The notes: generated by a model from the sequence alone, not told the origin. A stretch of DNA of 64,000 bases from Gammaproteobacteria bacterium (GCA_965222155.1 CBDCTH010000012.1:288001-352000), one strand, 5' to 3'. Positions 20,529 to 31,354 are shown, counted from the first letter of the stretch. A program made the numbers and translations.

Positions 20529-22019
20529 AAGAACAATCCCAATTGTATCGACTCAACGGGTTTTAACCACCAGTACCAGGATTGGGAAGATGTATATGGT
20601 AACCTGGAATTCAAGGAGAATGTTGACCTGTGGGGGACTTCATTCAGGGCGGAATGGGACCTGGATGCATTCACGCTGGTATCGGTCACCGCTTACGAGG
20701 AGTTTGAAGTGGAATTCTCTGAGGATTCGGATTCCAGTCCCAATACCGGCTTTCAGTTCTACCAGGATGCTGAATATGAGCAATGGTCCCAGGAATTGCG
20801 ACTGCAATCCGCCTCAGACCAGGCCTTGCGCTGGATAGCCGGATTTTACTGGTTTTTCGAGGAGGGGAAATACGCAACCGCAGTGCGCAGGACTCCGGCG
20901 GAGTTTGCGCCCGCAGGCCCGAGGAACTTCAATATCGTCCCGAATACCCGGGTTACCCAGGACAACGAAGTCTATTCCGTATACGGCCAGGTTGAATACG
21001 ACATGCAGTCCAACCTGACGGCCACTGCCGGCCTGAGATGGACCAAGGAATCCAAAAAAGGGTTAAACCAGCCTTCAGTACGCTGTGTTGGTAGCGTCGG
21101 CGGACCGCCGTTCTGCCCTGCCGCGGGCGCCAGTTTCTTCTTCGGCCTTGACGAGGTGCCCAATTTGCCGGGCTTGTTCGTGCCACCGCCCGAGGTTCTT
21201 GATTATGATTCGACGGATTGGGGAGCCAGGTTTGCGCTTGACTGGCAGGCCACCGATGACATGTTGTTATACGGTAGCATATCGCGCGGCTTCAAGGGTG
21301 GCGGATTCAGTCTGGCTGCCTTGGCGGCATTGACCGGCGGCGCCGCTCAAAGTGTGCAACCGGAAATCTTATGGGCCTATGAAATAGGCGCCAAGACATC
21401 ATGGCTGGATAATACATTGCAGTTGAACGCCGCGTTTTTCTATTATGACTGGTCAGACCTGCAATCATTTGAGGTATTTGTTGAGCCGACAGAAGCGTGC
21501 CTTTTCGCCTGCTTGATCAATATACCTGAGGCCAGCTTGAAGGGCGGGGAAGTGGAACTGCAATGGGCGCCGGCCGGGGGCTGGCTGTTGCTGGCAGGCG
21601 TCGGGTTGAGTGATGGTAAAATTGATGATGCGGGGAACATACCTGGCACCAGAAAAGGTAATGAGCTGACGAATACACCCGACCTTACATTCAATGGGCT
21701 GGTTCGAAAAGAATTTACCATGTCGGGCGGCACACTCGCCTTACAAACAAGCTGGTGGTATAAGGACGAGGTCTATTATGGCCTTGCCAATGTGCCAAAC
21801 CTGAGTCAACCGGAAGGTATCTGGAATCTCGATGCACGCGCCTCATTCCGGTTTGGTCCCGGTGAGCGTTATGAGGTGGCTGCCTGGGGTAAGAACCTGA
21901 ACGGTGAGGAATACTGCCGGGGGATGACGAGTCTCCAGGGCCTGGTCGAATCCAACCTGTGCCTACCCAGCTTATCTGAACCTACTTACGGAATCACAGC
22001 TGCAATAAGGTTTGAATAA
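20529..22019 (+). pseudogene. TonB-dependent receptor, 5'-truncated (no signal peptide or plug)
   Basis: The frame is open from the IS end (KNNPNCIDSTG...). SRGFKGGG, YEIGAK, WGKNL, C-terminal IRFE. Confidence 0.85.
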
Positions 22020-22040
22020 GGTACGGGAAATTCAACCTCT

Positions 22041-22085
22041 GGGCGTAACGCGCTGACGCCGCATGGCAAAATACGTATTACGCCC
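22041..22085. repeat. REP-like hairpin
   Basis: GGGCGTAA...TTACGCCC inverted repeat just after the receptor stop. Confidence 0.45.
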
Positions 22086-22310
22086 CTGTGCTATATGTCA
22101 GCTAACAGATCAAGGCCGCGTAAGCCGTTAAAATTTTTACAACCGTATATTGATGCCAGGGAAGCGATGGAACCCTTTTATGAGGATGAACGGGGCTGGG
22201 AGGAGGAGACCCTGTTTTCCCTGGATCAATTCGTCGTGGAATGGCGTAAACTGGTAGTCAATAATGCCCGCGGCATACAATCACCCCCCAAACAGACAAA
22301 AGGTTAGCCA

Positions 22311-23144
22311 ATGCAAGCACGAGACATACCGGGCGCGGAAAGCAGACACATCGACGTTAACGGTATCAATACACATTACTACGAGGCGGGCGTCGGTGAG
22401 GCGTTAATCCTGTTGCACGGCGGCGGCGCCGGCGCCGATAGTTTCGGTAACTGGCGCGGTTGTCTGGCCCGCTTTGCCGAGCATTACCACGTTTATGCCG
22501 TTGATATGGTCGGTTTCGGTTGTACTGATAAGCCGGACCCGCGTGACTATTCCTATACCCAGCAGGCGCGCAACGAACATATTATTGCCGTCATTGAGAC
22601 GCTGGGATTGGATTCAGTGAATTTAATCGGCAATTCCATGGGGGGCTCCACCTCCATGGGGGTTGCAATAGAACGGCCGGACCTGGTGAATAAACTGGTA
22701 TTAATGGGTAGCGCCGGGGTGCGCGCGCCGATTACCGACGAGTTGAAATCCATCATGAACTATGACCACACCACGGCCGGGATGATCAGGATCGTACGCG
22801 GGTTGACCAATCCGGATTTCCGTTTTGATGAGGAACTCGTCAATTATCGCCATGGCCTGTCGATCCAGGATGATACGAAACGGGCCTATAACGCGGTAAT
22901 GGGCTGGATACGGCAACAGGGCGGCCTGTATTATGAAGAGGACTATATCGCCCGTGTCACACAGGAGACACTGGTCGTGAACGGCAAGCTGGACAAGGTT
23001 GTGCCCTTGAGCAGCGCTTACAGATTGCTGGAACTGATTGAAAACTCCTGGGGTTATATCATCCCCGGGTGCGGCCACTGGGCCATGATCGAAAAACCGG
23101 TCGAGTTCACTGCCACAACACTTTCATTTTTGAATAATACTTGA
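22311..23144 (+). CDS. Alpha/beta hydrolase, meta-cleavage product hydrolase-like (BphD/CarC/MhpC group)
   Basis: LHGGGAG, GNSMGG nucleophile elbow, DKVVP, CGHWAMIE. Confidence 0.85.
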   Translation: MQARDIPGAESRHIDVNGINTHYYEAGVGEALILLHGGGAGADSFGNWRGCLARFAEHYHVYAVDMVGFGCTDKPDPRDYSYTQQARNEHIIAVIETLGLDSVNLIGNSMGGSTSMGVAIERPDLVNKLVLMGSAGVRAPITDELKSIMNYDHTTAGMIRIVRGLTNPDFRFDEELVNYRHGLSIQDDTKRAYNAVMGWIRQQGGLYYEEDYIARVTQETLVVNGKLDKVVPLSSAYRLLELIENSWGYIIPGCGHWAMIEKPVEFTATTLSFLNNT

Positions 23145-23233
23145 TACGCAGGGAATTCTGGGGACACCCCACCTCCGGGGTCAGGCCAACATAATCCCAG
23201 TTGTACCTGCTACAGGGAAAGAGTCGTGTGTAG

Positions 23234-23434
23234 TTACTTTACCGCCTCGATCAAGTCGATATCTTTTCTAAGTATCTCATTAATCAACTCATTCACCTCA
23301 ATACCTTTTGATGCGGCCCGCTCGTTAAGATAGGTGAGTACGTCATCATCCAGGTAGACAGGCAGGTTAAATTTAGCCCCGGGCCGATAAAACTTCCCGC
23401 GCTCGCCATCGGTAAAATCGTATTCGTCTTCCAT
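23234..23434 (-). CDS. BrnA-like antitoxin
   Basis: MEDEYDFTDGERGKFY...PVYLDDDV; GAGGAGA RBS; lies downstream of a BrnT remnant. Confidence 0.75.
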   Translation of the reverse strand: MEDEYDFTDGERGKFYRPGAKFNLPVYLDDDVLTYLNERAASKGIEVNELINEILRKDIDLIEAVK

Positions 23435-23822
23435 TCTCCTCAGTATCACCATGCTCATAATCTATAATCGATACTGCCAGCGGATATAGCCCGCATTTCT
23501 CACCAGTTCGCCTGTTGTCATCGGATAGTTGTTTGCTGTCAATACGTTATGACAATCTGCTCACTATATCAACATAACAGACTGCGCTTGATACGCCCTC
23601 GCTTGTCTTTTTGCCGTCAGCGGGCACGTGCTCCCTCAACCGTAGCTACGGCTATGCTTTCGGTCGCAGGCACCCGCTGGCGGCAAAAATCCGGCGCGAT
23701 CATCGCATCAACTGGTGAAAAATGCGGGCTAGAAACACAGATGTTGCCCGCGTAAAACCGATCCTGTGTTTTCGGAAATTTGTTCTGGCCTTATTGATGT
23801 CCCATTCAAAATTGTATTCCAT
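23435..23822 (-). pseudogene. BrnT toxin interrupted by a MITE and C-terminally deleted
   Basis: ATG 23822: MEYNFEWDINKARTNFRKHRIGFTRATSVF. After removing the MITE it continues in frame LYPLAVSIIDYEHGDTEE, then runs into the antitoxin RBS. Confidence 0.85.
23489..23729. mobile_element. MITE family A (241 bp) with TA target duplication
   Basis: TA|GCCCGCATTTCTCACCAGTT...AACTGGTGAAAAATGCGGGC|TA. Excision restores the brnT frame. Confidence 0.9.
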
Positions 23823-24088
23823 CCCTTGAGAGCCCCTTTAACGGTTATCATCATCTGCCTGAGTATTACACGGTATATTAGCACAGAGTGGAAAATGGTG
23901 AATGGGATGATGCACTTTACCCGCCCTGACCCTATTCAGGTCAATGCAGGTAAGACATTGAAAGAAGCGTATATCCGCGCGATGGCCGTGGCATGATACT
24001 TCCCCTTAAAGTCCTGTTTTGACGTACGAAAAGCGCAGTCTAAGCGTAGGGCAGCACATTTTTTGAGATAAATTCTCTGTATTATCAG

Positions 24089-24164
24089 TAGCTTTTTCAA
24101 ATTGGACTGGTCTGACCCTATACTGCTAGCTTTTTCAAATTGGACTGGTCTGACCCTATACTGC
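24089..24164 (+). repeat. Perfect 38-bp tandem duplication
   Basis: TAGCTTTTTCAAATTGGACTGGTCTGACCCTATACTGC x2. Confidence 0.9.
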
Positions 24165-24166
24165 TA

Positions 24167-24208
24167 GGGAGGATGCCCTCGATCCCGGGAGTTAGCGGGA
24201 ACTGCCGG
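24167..24208 (+). repeat. Partial copy (one end) of MITE family B
   Basis: GGATGCCCTCGATCCCGGGAGTTAGCGGGAACTGC matches the ends of 56289..56442 and 57189..57358. Confidence 0.8.
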
Positions 24209-24267
24209 CGCTGCAACAGCGTCTTTCATTTCATAAAAACTTTGTGTTAAAATCCTCGTCCAATAGA

Positions 24268-24337
24268 GGTCTGAGGAGCGTTGCGATGGGTGTTGCCCAC
24301 CAGGCTCAGGCCGGTCTTGAGATATAACGGCGCTCGC
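24268..24337 (+). ncRNA. SAH riboswitch
   Basis: CTGAGGAGCGTTGC...CCAGGCTCAG...AACGGCGCTC consensus with the GAGCG/CGCTC pseudoknot, directly upstream of ahcY. Confidence 0.92.
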
Positions 24338-24357
24338 TTGACTTTGAGGAGAAAAAG

Positions 24358-25773
24358 ATGAGCGTAGCAGTCCAGGCCGTATTTTCCGATTTTTACGTTG
24401 CCGACCTGTCCCTGGCCGAATGGGGCCACAAGGAGATCCGTATTGCCGAAACCGAAATGCCGGGCCTGGTTTCGGTGCGTAATGAGTTTTCAGAAGAGCA
24501 ACCCCTGGGGGGCGCCCGTATCGCCGGTTCCCTGCACATGACCATACAGACGGCCGTATTGATCGAAACACTGGTTGCCCTGAGCGCGGAAGTCCGTTGG
24601 GCATCCTGCAATATCTTTTCCACCCAGGACCACGCCGCCGCGGCCATTGCCGACCAGGGTATCCCCGTGTTCGCCCATAAGGGAGAAACCCTGGAGGAGT
24701 ATTGGGAATATACCCATAAAATCATGGAATGGCCCGATGGCGGGACGCCGAACATGATACTGGATGATGGCGGGGATGCCACCCTGCTGGTGATCCTGGG
24801 AGCCAGGGCTGAACAGGACCCGTCAGTAATAGATAACCCCACCAGTGAAGAGGAGCAATACCTGTTTGCCGCCATCAAAAAACGGCTGGCTTCAAACCGG
24901 GGCTGGTATACCCGGATTCGGGACAATATTATCGGCGTGACGGAGGAGACTACCACAGGCGTGAACCGTCTCTACCAGATGCAGCAGAACGGTGCCTTGC
25001 CGTTCTCGGCCATCAACGTGAATGATTCCGTAACCAAGTCCAAATTCGACAACCTGTACGGTTGCCGTGAATCCCTGGTTGACGGGATTAAACGCGCCAC
25101 TGATGTCATGATCGCCGGAAAGACCGCAGTGGTCCTCGGTTATGGTGACGTGGGCAAGGGTTGTGCGCAATCCCTGCGCGGGCTGGGCGCAACGGTCTGC
25201 ATCACGGAGGTGGACCCGATATGCGCCCTGCAGGCGGCCATGGAAGGTTACCGGGTGGTGAAGATGGACAATATTTGCAGTGAAGCGGATATATTTGTTA
25301 CCGCCACCGGCAATTATCACGTGATCACCCGCGAGCACCTGCTGGCCATGAAAGACCAGGCCATAGTCTGCAATATCGGCCATTTCGACAATGAGATCGA
25401 CGTGGCGGCGTTAGAGGATTACCAGTGGGAGGAAATCAAACCCCAGGTGGACCATGTCATCTTCCCGGACGGCAAGCGCATCATCCTGTTGGCCAGGGGA
25501 CGCCTGGTGAACCTGGGTTGCGCCACCGGCCATCCCAGTTTTGTCATGTCCAACTCGTTTACCAACCAGGTGCTGGCGCAGATAGAACTGTATCGCCACC
25601 GGGACAACTACCAGGCAGACGTGTATGTGCTGCCCAAACACCTGGATGAAAAAGTAGCCCGGCTGCATCTTGAACGTATCGGAGCGCAGCTTACGTCGCT
25701 GACCGAACAGCAGGCCGCTTACCTGGGAGTCCCCGCGCAAGGCCCCTACAAGCCGGAACACTATCGTTATTGA
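24358..25773 (+). CDS. ahcY: S-adenosylhomocysteine hydrolase
   Basis: [52 protein letters not shown] end. Confidence 0.98.
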   Translation: MSVAVQAVFSDFYVADLSLAEWGHKEIRIAETEMPGLVSVRNEFSEEQPLGGARIAGSLHMTIQTAVLIETLVALSAEVRWASCNIFSTQDHAAAAIADQGIPVFAHKGETLEEYWEYTHKIMEWPDGGTPNMILDDGGDATLLVILGARAEQDPSVIDNPTSEEEQYLFAAIKKRLASNRGWYTRIRDNIIGVTEETTTGVNRLYQMQQNGALPFSAINVNDSVTKSKFDNLYGCRESLVDGIKRATDVMIAGKTAVVLGYGDVGKGCAQSLRGLGATVCITEVDPICALQAAMEGYRVVKMDNICSEADIFVTATGNYHVITREHLLAMKDQAIVCNIGHFDNEIDVAALEDYQWEEIKPQVDHVIFPDGKRIILLARGRLVNLGCATGHPSFVMSNSFTNQVLAQIELYRHRDNYQADVYVLPKHLDEKVARLHLERIGAQLTSLTEQQAAYLGVPAQGPYKPEHYRY

Positions 25774-25823
25774 AACCGTGTTATCCATTGTTCCGGCGCG
25801 TGTCGGAATGTGCCGCCAGGACA

Positions 25824-25848
25824 GGGGACAGATTTCAAATCTGTCCCC
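25824..25848. repeat. GGGGAC-type REP palindrome
   Basis: GGGGACAGATTTCAAATCTGTCCCC; related copies at 27480, 35687, 55401 and 57232. Confidence 0.85.
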
Positions 25849-25880
25849 GCCAGCCCCTGGCCGTCATTCCACCTCCTGTT

Positions 25881-25908
25881 CGCCATTCCGGCGCAAGCCG
25901 GAATCCAG
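25881..25908 (+). repeat. CGTC-type REP
   Basis: CGCCATTCCGGCGCAAGCCGGAATCCAG; related copies at ~35835, 35888, ~36036 (reverse) and 53712-53795. Confidence 0.8.
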
Positions 25909-25938
25909 TGAACCTGCAAGCTTGAATATTATTAACCC

Positions 25939-26793
25939 GTGTTGAACCGATTATCGCGCAACTCTCTTAAACTCAGCTTCGAGTTTTTTCCTCCCAGGAC
26001 AGCCGCAGCAGAGCAAAGCCTGCACACGACTATTGCCCGGCTGAAACTGCTGCGTCCGGATTATTTCTCGGTCACCTTCGGCGCTGGCGGCAGTACCCGG
26101 GAGAAAACCTTTGAGACGGCCTCGTATATCAATGAGACAACCGGGATAGAGGCGGCGCCGCATGTTTCCTGTATCGGCTCTTCCAGGGAGGAACTCAGGG
26201 CGGTAATACACAATTATAAAAATCACGGTTTTGATCACCTGGTAGCCTTGCGCGGCGACCTGCCATCCGGCCTCGCTGGCGTGGGTTCCCTGCACTTTGC
26301 AAGCAAACTGGTCGAGTTAATCCGCAGCGAGACAGGTCGGCATTTCCATATTGATGTGGCATGCTATCCGGAATTCCACCCCCAGGCGCAAAGCGCCGGC
26401 AAGGACCTGGAAAATTTCAAGAGGAAAGTGGATGCCGGCGCCGACAGCGCCATTACCCAGTATTTTTACAATGCCGAGGCCTATTTCCGCTTCATGGAAA
26501 GCTGCGCCGGGATAGGGATTGATATCCCCGTCGTCCCCGGCATCATGCCCATCACCAATCGTAACCAGCTGGTCAGGTTCTCCAGCATGTGCGGCGCCGA
26601 AATACCGCGCTGGATATTGAAACGCCTGCAGGACTTCGGGGACGATCTTGACGCCATCCGCAGCTTCGGTATTGACGCCACTATCAGGTTGTGTGCTCAA
26701 CTGCTGGACGCAGGCGCTCCCGGCCTGCATATCTATACGATGAACAAAGCCGAGGCGTCCGAAGCGATCTGGGCCGCACTTGACCTGGCATAA
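25939..26793 (+). CDS. metF: Methylenetetrahydrofolate reductase
   Basis: SFEFFPP, SVTFGAGGS, ALRGD, YPEFHP, ITQYF, HIYTMN. Confidence 0.96.
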   Translation: MLNRLSRNSLKLSFEFFPPRTAAAEQSLHTTIARLKLLRPDYFSVTFGAGGSTREKTFETASYINETTGIEAAPHVSCIGSSREELRAVIHNYKNHGFDHLVALRGDLPSGLAGVGSLHFASKLVELIRSETGRHFHIDVACYPEFHPQAQSAGKDLENFKRKVDAGADSAITQYFYNAEAYFRFMESCAGIGIDIPVVPGIMPITNRNQLVRFSSMCGAEIPRWILKRLQDFGDDLDAIRSFGIDATIRLCAQLLDAGAPGLHIYTMNKAEASEAIWAALDLA

Positions 26794-26804
26794 CTCGTGT
26801 CCCG

Positions 26805-27329
26805 ATGACCCGGAAACAAAAACAGGTATCCGTGTTATTCGTCTGCATGGGAAATATCTGCCGATCCCCCGCGGCAGAAGGCGTGTTCCGCCATTACGTC
26901 GAACAGCAGGGCGCTGCTGAAAACCTTTACATCGACTCCGCCGGCACCATTGATTACCACAGCGGCAAACCCGCCGATCCCCGCATGCGCGAAGCTGCGG
27001 CAGACCGTGGCTACACACTGACTTCCATCTCGCGCCAGGTCACTCCGGAGGACCCGGAGGATTTCGACCTCATCGTGGCCATGGACCGCGACAACCTGTG
27101 GGAACTGAAGCATCTCGCCGGAGGCCCCCGGCCCAATCTGCGACTGCTTGGATCATTTCTCCCTGAACACCAGGGCGACCCCGAGCAGGCGCCCCAGGTG
27201 CCAGACCCATATTATGGCGGCCCGCAGGGTTTTGAGGTGGTGCTCGATATGATAGAACGCGCCTGTCCAGGCATCTTTTCCACCTGCCGGGAGCTACCAG
27301 AGAAAAACCTGCCCGAAGCAGAATCTTGA
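26805..27329 (+). CDS. Low molecular weight protein-tyrosine phosphatase
   Basis: VCMGNICRS P-loop; DPYYG. Confidence 0.95.
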   Translation: MTRKQKQVSVLFVCMGNICRSPAAEGVFRHYVEQQGAAENLYIDSAGTIDYHSGKPADPRMREAAADRGYTLTSISRQVTPEDPEDFDLIVAMDRDNLWELKHLAGGPRPNLRLLGSFLPEHQGDPEQAPQVPDPYYGGPQGFEVVLDMIERACPGIFSTCRELPEKNLPEAES

Positions 27330-27374
27330 CTAGAGACAATAAAACAGCTTCGACCTGAAGCAGGATCAGGTTTA

Positions 27375-27469
27375 GCCCGCATATCTCAACTAGCCGGGCA
27401 TGGGAACGGGTTACCCCAAATATCCTCCCATAGCCGATGACCACAAGCGAACTGGTGAGAAATCCGGGT
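27375..27469. mobile_element. Short (95 bp) MITE family A copy flanked by TA
   Basis: TA|GCCCGCATATCTCAACTAG...CTGGTGAGAAATCCGGGT|TA. Confidence 0.75.
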
Positions 27470-27479
27470 TAGTGCAGAA

Positions 27480-27504
27480 GGGGACGGATTTGAAATCCGT
27501 CCCC
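27480..27504. repeat. GGGGAC-type REP palindrome
   Basis: GGGGACGGATTTGAAATCCGTCCCC. Confidence 0.85.
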
Positions 27505-27590
27505 GGAGAGTTCCAAACAAATTAATCATATGCAACCTGTATTATGGTACAGTCTGCGTTTATTTATTCATATTGCGAGGGAGTAGTATT

Positions 27591-29852
27591 ATGTTCCGGC
27601 CGAGTTCTATCCTGACAGTACCAGTCATTTTATTTTCATTACAGTTAAGCCAGACGGTGTTGGCGCAAGATACCATAGAAGAGATTGTGGTTACCGCGCT
27701 TAAGCGTTCCAGTACATTACAGGATACGCCCATCGCAATTTCCGCATTAACCAGTGAAGGACTGGAACGTGTGGGAGCAGACGATTTCGTCGATTTTGTC
27801 GGTTCCGTTCCCGGCTTGACCCTCCGAGACAACGGCCCCGGCGCGACACGGCCAATCATCCGCGGCATCGCCAGCCCCGGTGAGCCACAGGTCGGTATCT
27901 ATTTTGATGAGGCTCTGGTTGTTGGCGCCCCCGGTACGACTAATGATGCAGGTGCCAGGTCGCCTGAATTAAAACCCTTTGACCTTGAGCGTGTGGAAGT
28001 GTTGAAAGGTCCGCAGGGCACACTCTATGGAGGTGGTTCCATGGGAGGGACTCTGCGCTTTATCACCAGGAAACCCAATGCCGAAAAATTTGAAGGCAAG
28101 ATCAGCATCGAAGGTTCAACCGTAAGATACGGGGATTCGGGTTTCCAGGTTAACGGCATGGTCAATATTCCCATTGTCCAGGATCAGTTGGCCCTGCGCG
28201 TAGTCGCATTCAAGCGAGATGATCCAGGCTTTGTAGACAACGTCGCTTATGGAAAGGATGATATCAATGACGTGGACACGGAAGGCGGTCGCGTGGCTAT
28301 TCGCTGGACGCCTACCGACAGGTTTACGGCTACCGGCACTGTCTATTACCAGGACCAGAATGTCGGTGGGGGGTTCTACTTCAACCCAAGCATAGATGAT
28401 GACAATCCGAAGACGGGCGCCTTGTCCCGGGAGCCCTATAATGATGAGCAGGTGCTGTATAACCTCACTCTCGAATACGGTTTTGACTGGGCAGATGCAT
28501 TGTATTCATACTCCTGGTTTGATCGAAATGCGGTTTTCCGTTTCCACAACGGGTTTACCGGATTTCCTTTCCCGCCCGTCCTATCCACCCAACCGGAACC
28601 CTTGCAGGCACTCAGTCATGAATTTCGCTTGTCTTCATCAGGCCAGAATGTTGTCGACTGGACAGCAGGGGCGTTTTACTCCGATCGGAATGCATTTGTT
28701 GACAGCCGCGTCCAGTATCCTGACGCCAACGGCGAAATAGCCGACGACAGAATATTTTTGTTCAGACGTACCGTGAATTCAGATCTTATCCAGAGGGCAG
28801 TTTATGGAGAAGCAACCTGGCATGTAACTGACAGGTTTGCGCTGACAGCGGGGGTAAGATATTACGATGTTGACAGCGGCAGCGATGTGGTCAATCGAGT
28901 TAACGTACCTGGCCTTGGACTGCCGTCAGGGACGCCCGGTAGAGCCTTGCCACACCGCATCAACGTCACGCGTGGTTCGGAAGACGGCACGATATTCAAG
29001 GTGCATGGGGCTTATGATTTTACCGATGATGTGCTGGCTTATGCTTCTTTTTCACAGGGTTTCCGGCCCGGCGGCGCCAACCAGAACACCTCTTCCATCG
29101 CCTTGACCGACCCGGGCAATGTGGGTGTTCCGGAAGAGTTCCGCTCCGACACGCTGGACAGTTATGAAATCGGAATTCACTCACAATGGTTTGATAATCG
29201 ACTGACCCTGAACGGCGCAGTCTATTACATTGATTGGTCCGACATCGTGCTCGGTGGCAGATCGGCTACCGGCCTGTTCGGCTTCCTCAACAACGCTGAC
29301 AGTGCTGAGGCAACCGGGTTTGAACTGGAAAGCGCATTCGATCTGGGCAAAGATTTCCGCCTGACTGCAGCGTTAAGTTATGTTAATGCAGAACTCGATG
29401 CCGATGCTCCCGCCAACCGGGCCAGCAGCACCCTCAGTCGTTCCGGACTCAAGGGCGATCCCATTCCCGATGTGCCTGAATGGACGTTTAATGCATCCAT
29501 GGAGTATGGCCACTCCCTGCCGTGGATGGGCCTGCGCGGTTATTTTTATCTGAATGTCAACTATATCGGCGAACATTTTTCAGACTTCAACGAGTATTTG
29601 CTGGACATAAACACACTTGTACCCACGACAAGACCGAATTCGTCTTATAACCGGCAGGGTGACTATGCAATCCTGGATTTACGCGCCGGCGTTGAGGGAA
29701 ATGATTGGGAGGTCGCACTGTTCCTGGAGAATGTATTCGACGAACGGGCGATTACCCATATATTTGAAGACAGTACTTTCAGACTTAACCCGGGCCAGAA
29801 CTTCCTGGAAAAACCTCGAACTCTGGGTGTGATGCTCAATAGAGATTTTTGA
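27591..29852 (+). CDS. TonB-dependent receptor
   Basis: Signal peptide, IEEIVVTA TonB box, ERVEVLKGPQGTLYG, QGFRPGG, C-terminal F. Confidence 0.95.
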   Translation: MFRPSSILTVPVILFSLQLSQTVLAQDTIEEIVVTALKRSSTLQDTPIAISALTSEGLERVGADDFVDFVGSVPGLTLRDNGPGATRPIIRGIASPGEPQVGIYFDEALVVGAPGTTNDAGARSPELKPFDLERVEVLKGPQGTLYGGGSMGGTLRFITRKPNAEKFEGKISIEGSTVRYGDSGFQVNGMVNIPIVQDQLALRVVAFKRDDPGFVDNVAYGKDDINDVDTEGGRVAIRWTPTDRFTATGTVYYQDQNVGGGFYFNPSIDDDNPKTGALSREPYNDEQVLYNLTLEYGFDWADALYSYSWFDRNAVFRFHNGFTGFPFPPVLSTQPEPLQALSHEFRLSSSGQNVVDWTAGAFYSDRNAFVDSRVQYPDANGEIADDRIFLFRRTVNSDLIQRAVYGEATWHVTDRFALTAGVRYYDVDSGSDVVNRVNVPGLGLPSGTPGRALPHRINVTRGSEDGTIFKVHGAYDFTDDVLAYASFSQGFRPGGANQNTSSIALTDPGNVGVPEEFRSDTLDSYEIGIHSQWFDNRLTLNGAVYYIDWSDIVLGGRSATGLFGFLNNADSAEATGFELESAFDLGKDFRLTAALSYVNAELDADAPANRASSTLSRSGLKGDPIPDVPEWTFNASMEYGHSLPWMGLRGYFYLNVNYIGEHFSDFNEYLLDINTLVPTTRPNSSYNRQGDYAILDLRAGVEGNDWEVALFLENVFDERAITHIFEDSTFRLNPGQNFLEKPRTLGVMLNRDF

Positions 29853-30016
29853 TTTGGCACGTTACTTCAGCGCTGTCGCGAATTCAGTACCGGACACATC
29901 ATAACCGGTAAAGTTGTGTCCGGATACGACCTGTTATCAGCCGCGGGTGGGATCAGCTTGCGGGCCAGTAGCCGGGCTCACGATCTATCGACATTTTCAA
30001 AATACGTTGTAAGTAT

Positions 30017-31354
30017 ATGAAACAACCAAAATATTTATCCGGATGTATCTTTTTTTTATTTTTCCTCCACATATCGGTTGCTGTCGCACAGGAAGGGAAG
30101 CAGGAAGAACAAAAGATATCAACATCGGTAATCCATGCAGGAACGTTACTGGACATACCCGGCGCCAGCCCAAAGCATAAACAGACGCTTGTTATTCAGG
30201 GCAGCAAAATTACCTCCGTTCGTACAGGATATATATCACCGCAACAACTCGGTCTCGATTCCCCTGAAGTAAATGTATTCAACCTGAAAGATAAATTCGT
30301 TCTCCCCGGTATGATTGATGCACATGTTCATCTTATCCACAGATATGGGGAAACATTTAGAAACCCGACGCTTTCTGGAGAAGAACTGTTGATAGCGGGT
30401 ATCGTCAATGCCAAAGCGACGCTGGAAGCGGGTTTTACCACAGTTGCCGATCTGGATGCCGGAACCAATTCCTGGCCTGTCATCGTCCTGCGTAACGCCA
30501 TTCAGTCAGGGGAAGTTGCAGGGCCGAGAATCCTGGCTGCGGGTTCATCTGTGTCCCCGACGGGTGGCCATGGCGATCTTCTGGACCGCCCGGACCAGGT
30601 ATTGGAACTCTACGCGTCTTCAGGCTTGTGTGACGGCGTGGACGAGTGCCGCCGCGCCGTCCGTCGGCAGTTCCGCCAGGGTTCGGACCTGATCAAAATC
30701 CACGCGACCGGAGGTGGCAACGAGCGTACCGGAGGGAAACATCATGCCCCCTCTTTTATGCAGGACGAATTGAAAGCTATCGTCGAGACGGCACATAGCC
30801 TGGATATGAAGGCCACTGCCCATGCCCATGCTACCGCGGGTGTTAATGCAGCATTGAAAGCCGGGGTGGACAGCATCGAACACGGTTCCTTCCTGGACAG
30901 CGAGTCTATTCAGTTATTTAAAAAAACCGGCGCCTACCTGGTGCCTACGTTGGATGTGCAGGATATGATCGCCGACAGGATTGATTCCATACCGGAGCCT
31001 ATGCAGGAGCGCATGAAACTGTTCCAGAAAGAACATCCTGCCAATTTTCTCCTGGCGTACAAGGCCGGAGTGAAGATCGCACTTGGTTCCGATGCCGGCG
31101 TGGTTCCCCATGGAACGAATGCCCGCGAAGTAGAATGGCTGGTGAAGGTGGGTGTCAGCGAAGCGGAAGCGCTGAGGATAGCGACTGTCAGCAGCGCGGA
31201 TCATCTCGGTCTGGCGGATGAAGCAGGAAAGCTTGAACCGGGAATGAGGGCGGACGTGATAGCAGTCGAGGGCAATCCGCTGGAGGATATCACTGTATTG
31301 CAGAAGGTAGTATTCGTGATGAAAGATGGTACTGTTTTCAAATTCGTGAAATAG
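30017..31354 (+). CDS. Secreted metal-dependent amidohydrolase (Xaa-Pro dipeptidase/ochratoxinase-like)
   Basis: Signal peptide, PGMIDAHVH, TGGHGD, IKI, AHAH, SIEHG, GSDAG. Confidence 0.88.
   Translation: MKQPKYLSGCIFFLFFLHISVAVAQEGKQEEQKISTSVIHAGTLLDIPGASPKHKQTLVIQGSKITSVRTGYISPQQLGLDSPEVNVFNLKDKFVLPGMIDAHVHLIHRYGETFRNPTLSGEELLIAGIVNAKATLEAGFTTVADLDAGTNSWPVIVLRNAIQSGEVAGPRILAAGSSVSPTGGHGDLLDRPDQVLELYASSGLCDGVDECRRAVRRQFRQGSDLIKIHATGGGNERTGGKHHAPSFMQDELKAIVETAHSLDMKATAHAHATAGVNAALKAGVDSIEHGSFLDSESIQLFKKTGAYLVPTLDVQDMIADRIDSIPEPMQERMKLFQKEHPANFLLAYKAGVKIALGSDAGVVPHGTNAREVEWLVKVGVSEAEALRIATVSSADHLGLADEAGKLEPGMRADVIAVEGNPLEDITVLQKVVFVMKDGTVFKFVK

Noticed and set aside
22095-22307. 70-aa ORF before the hydrolase
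   Set aside because: No RBS or recognisable motif; it may be a gene remnant but cannot be supported.
24089-24164. 38-bp repeat as a CRISPR array
   Set aside because: Two abutting copies, no spacer, and no cas genes.
29890-29923. CCGGACACA/TGTGTCCGG hairpin as a terminator
   Set aside because: Long loop and no U-tract; function cannot be supported.
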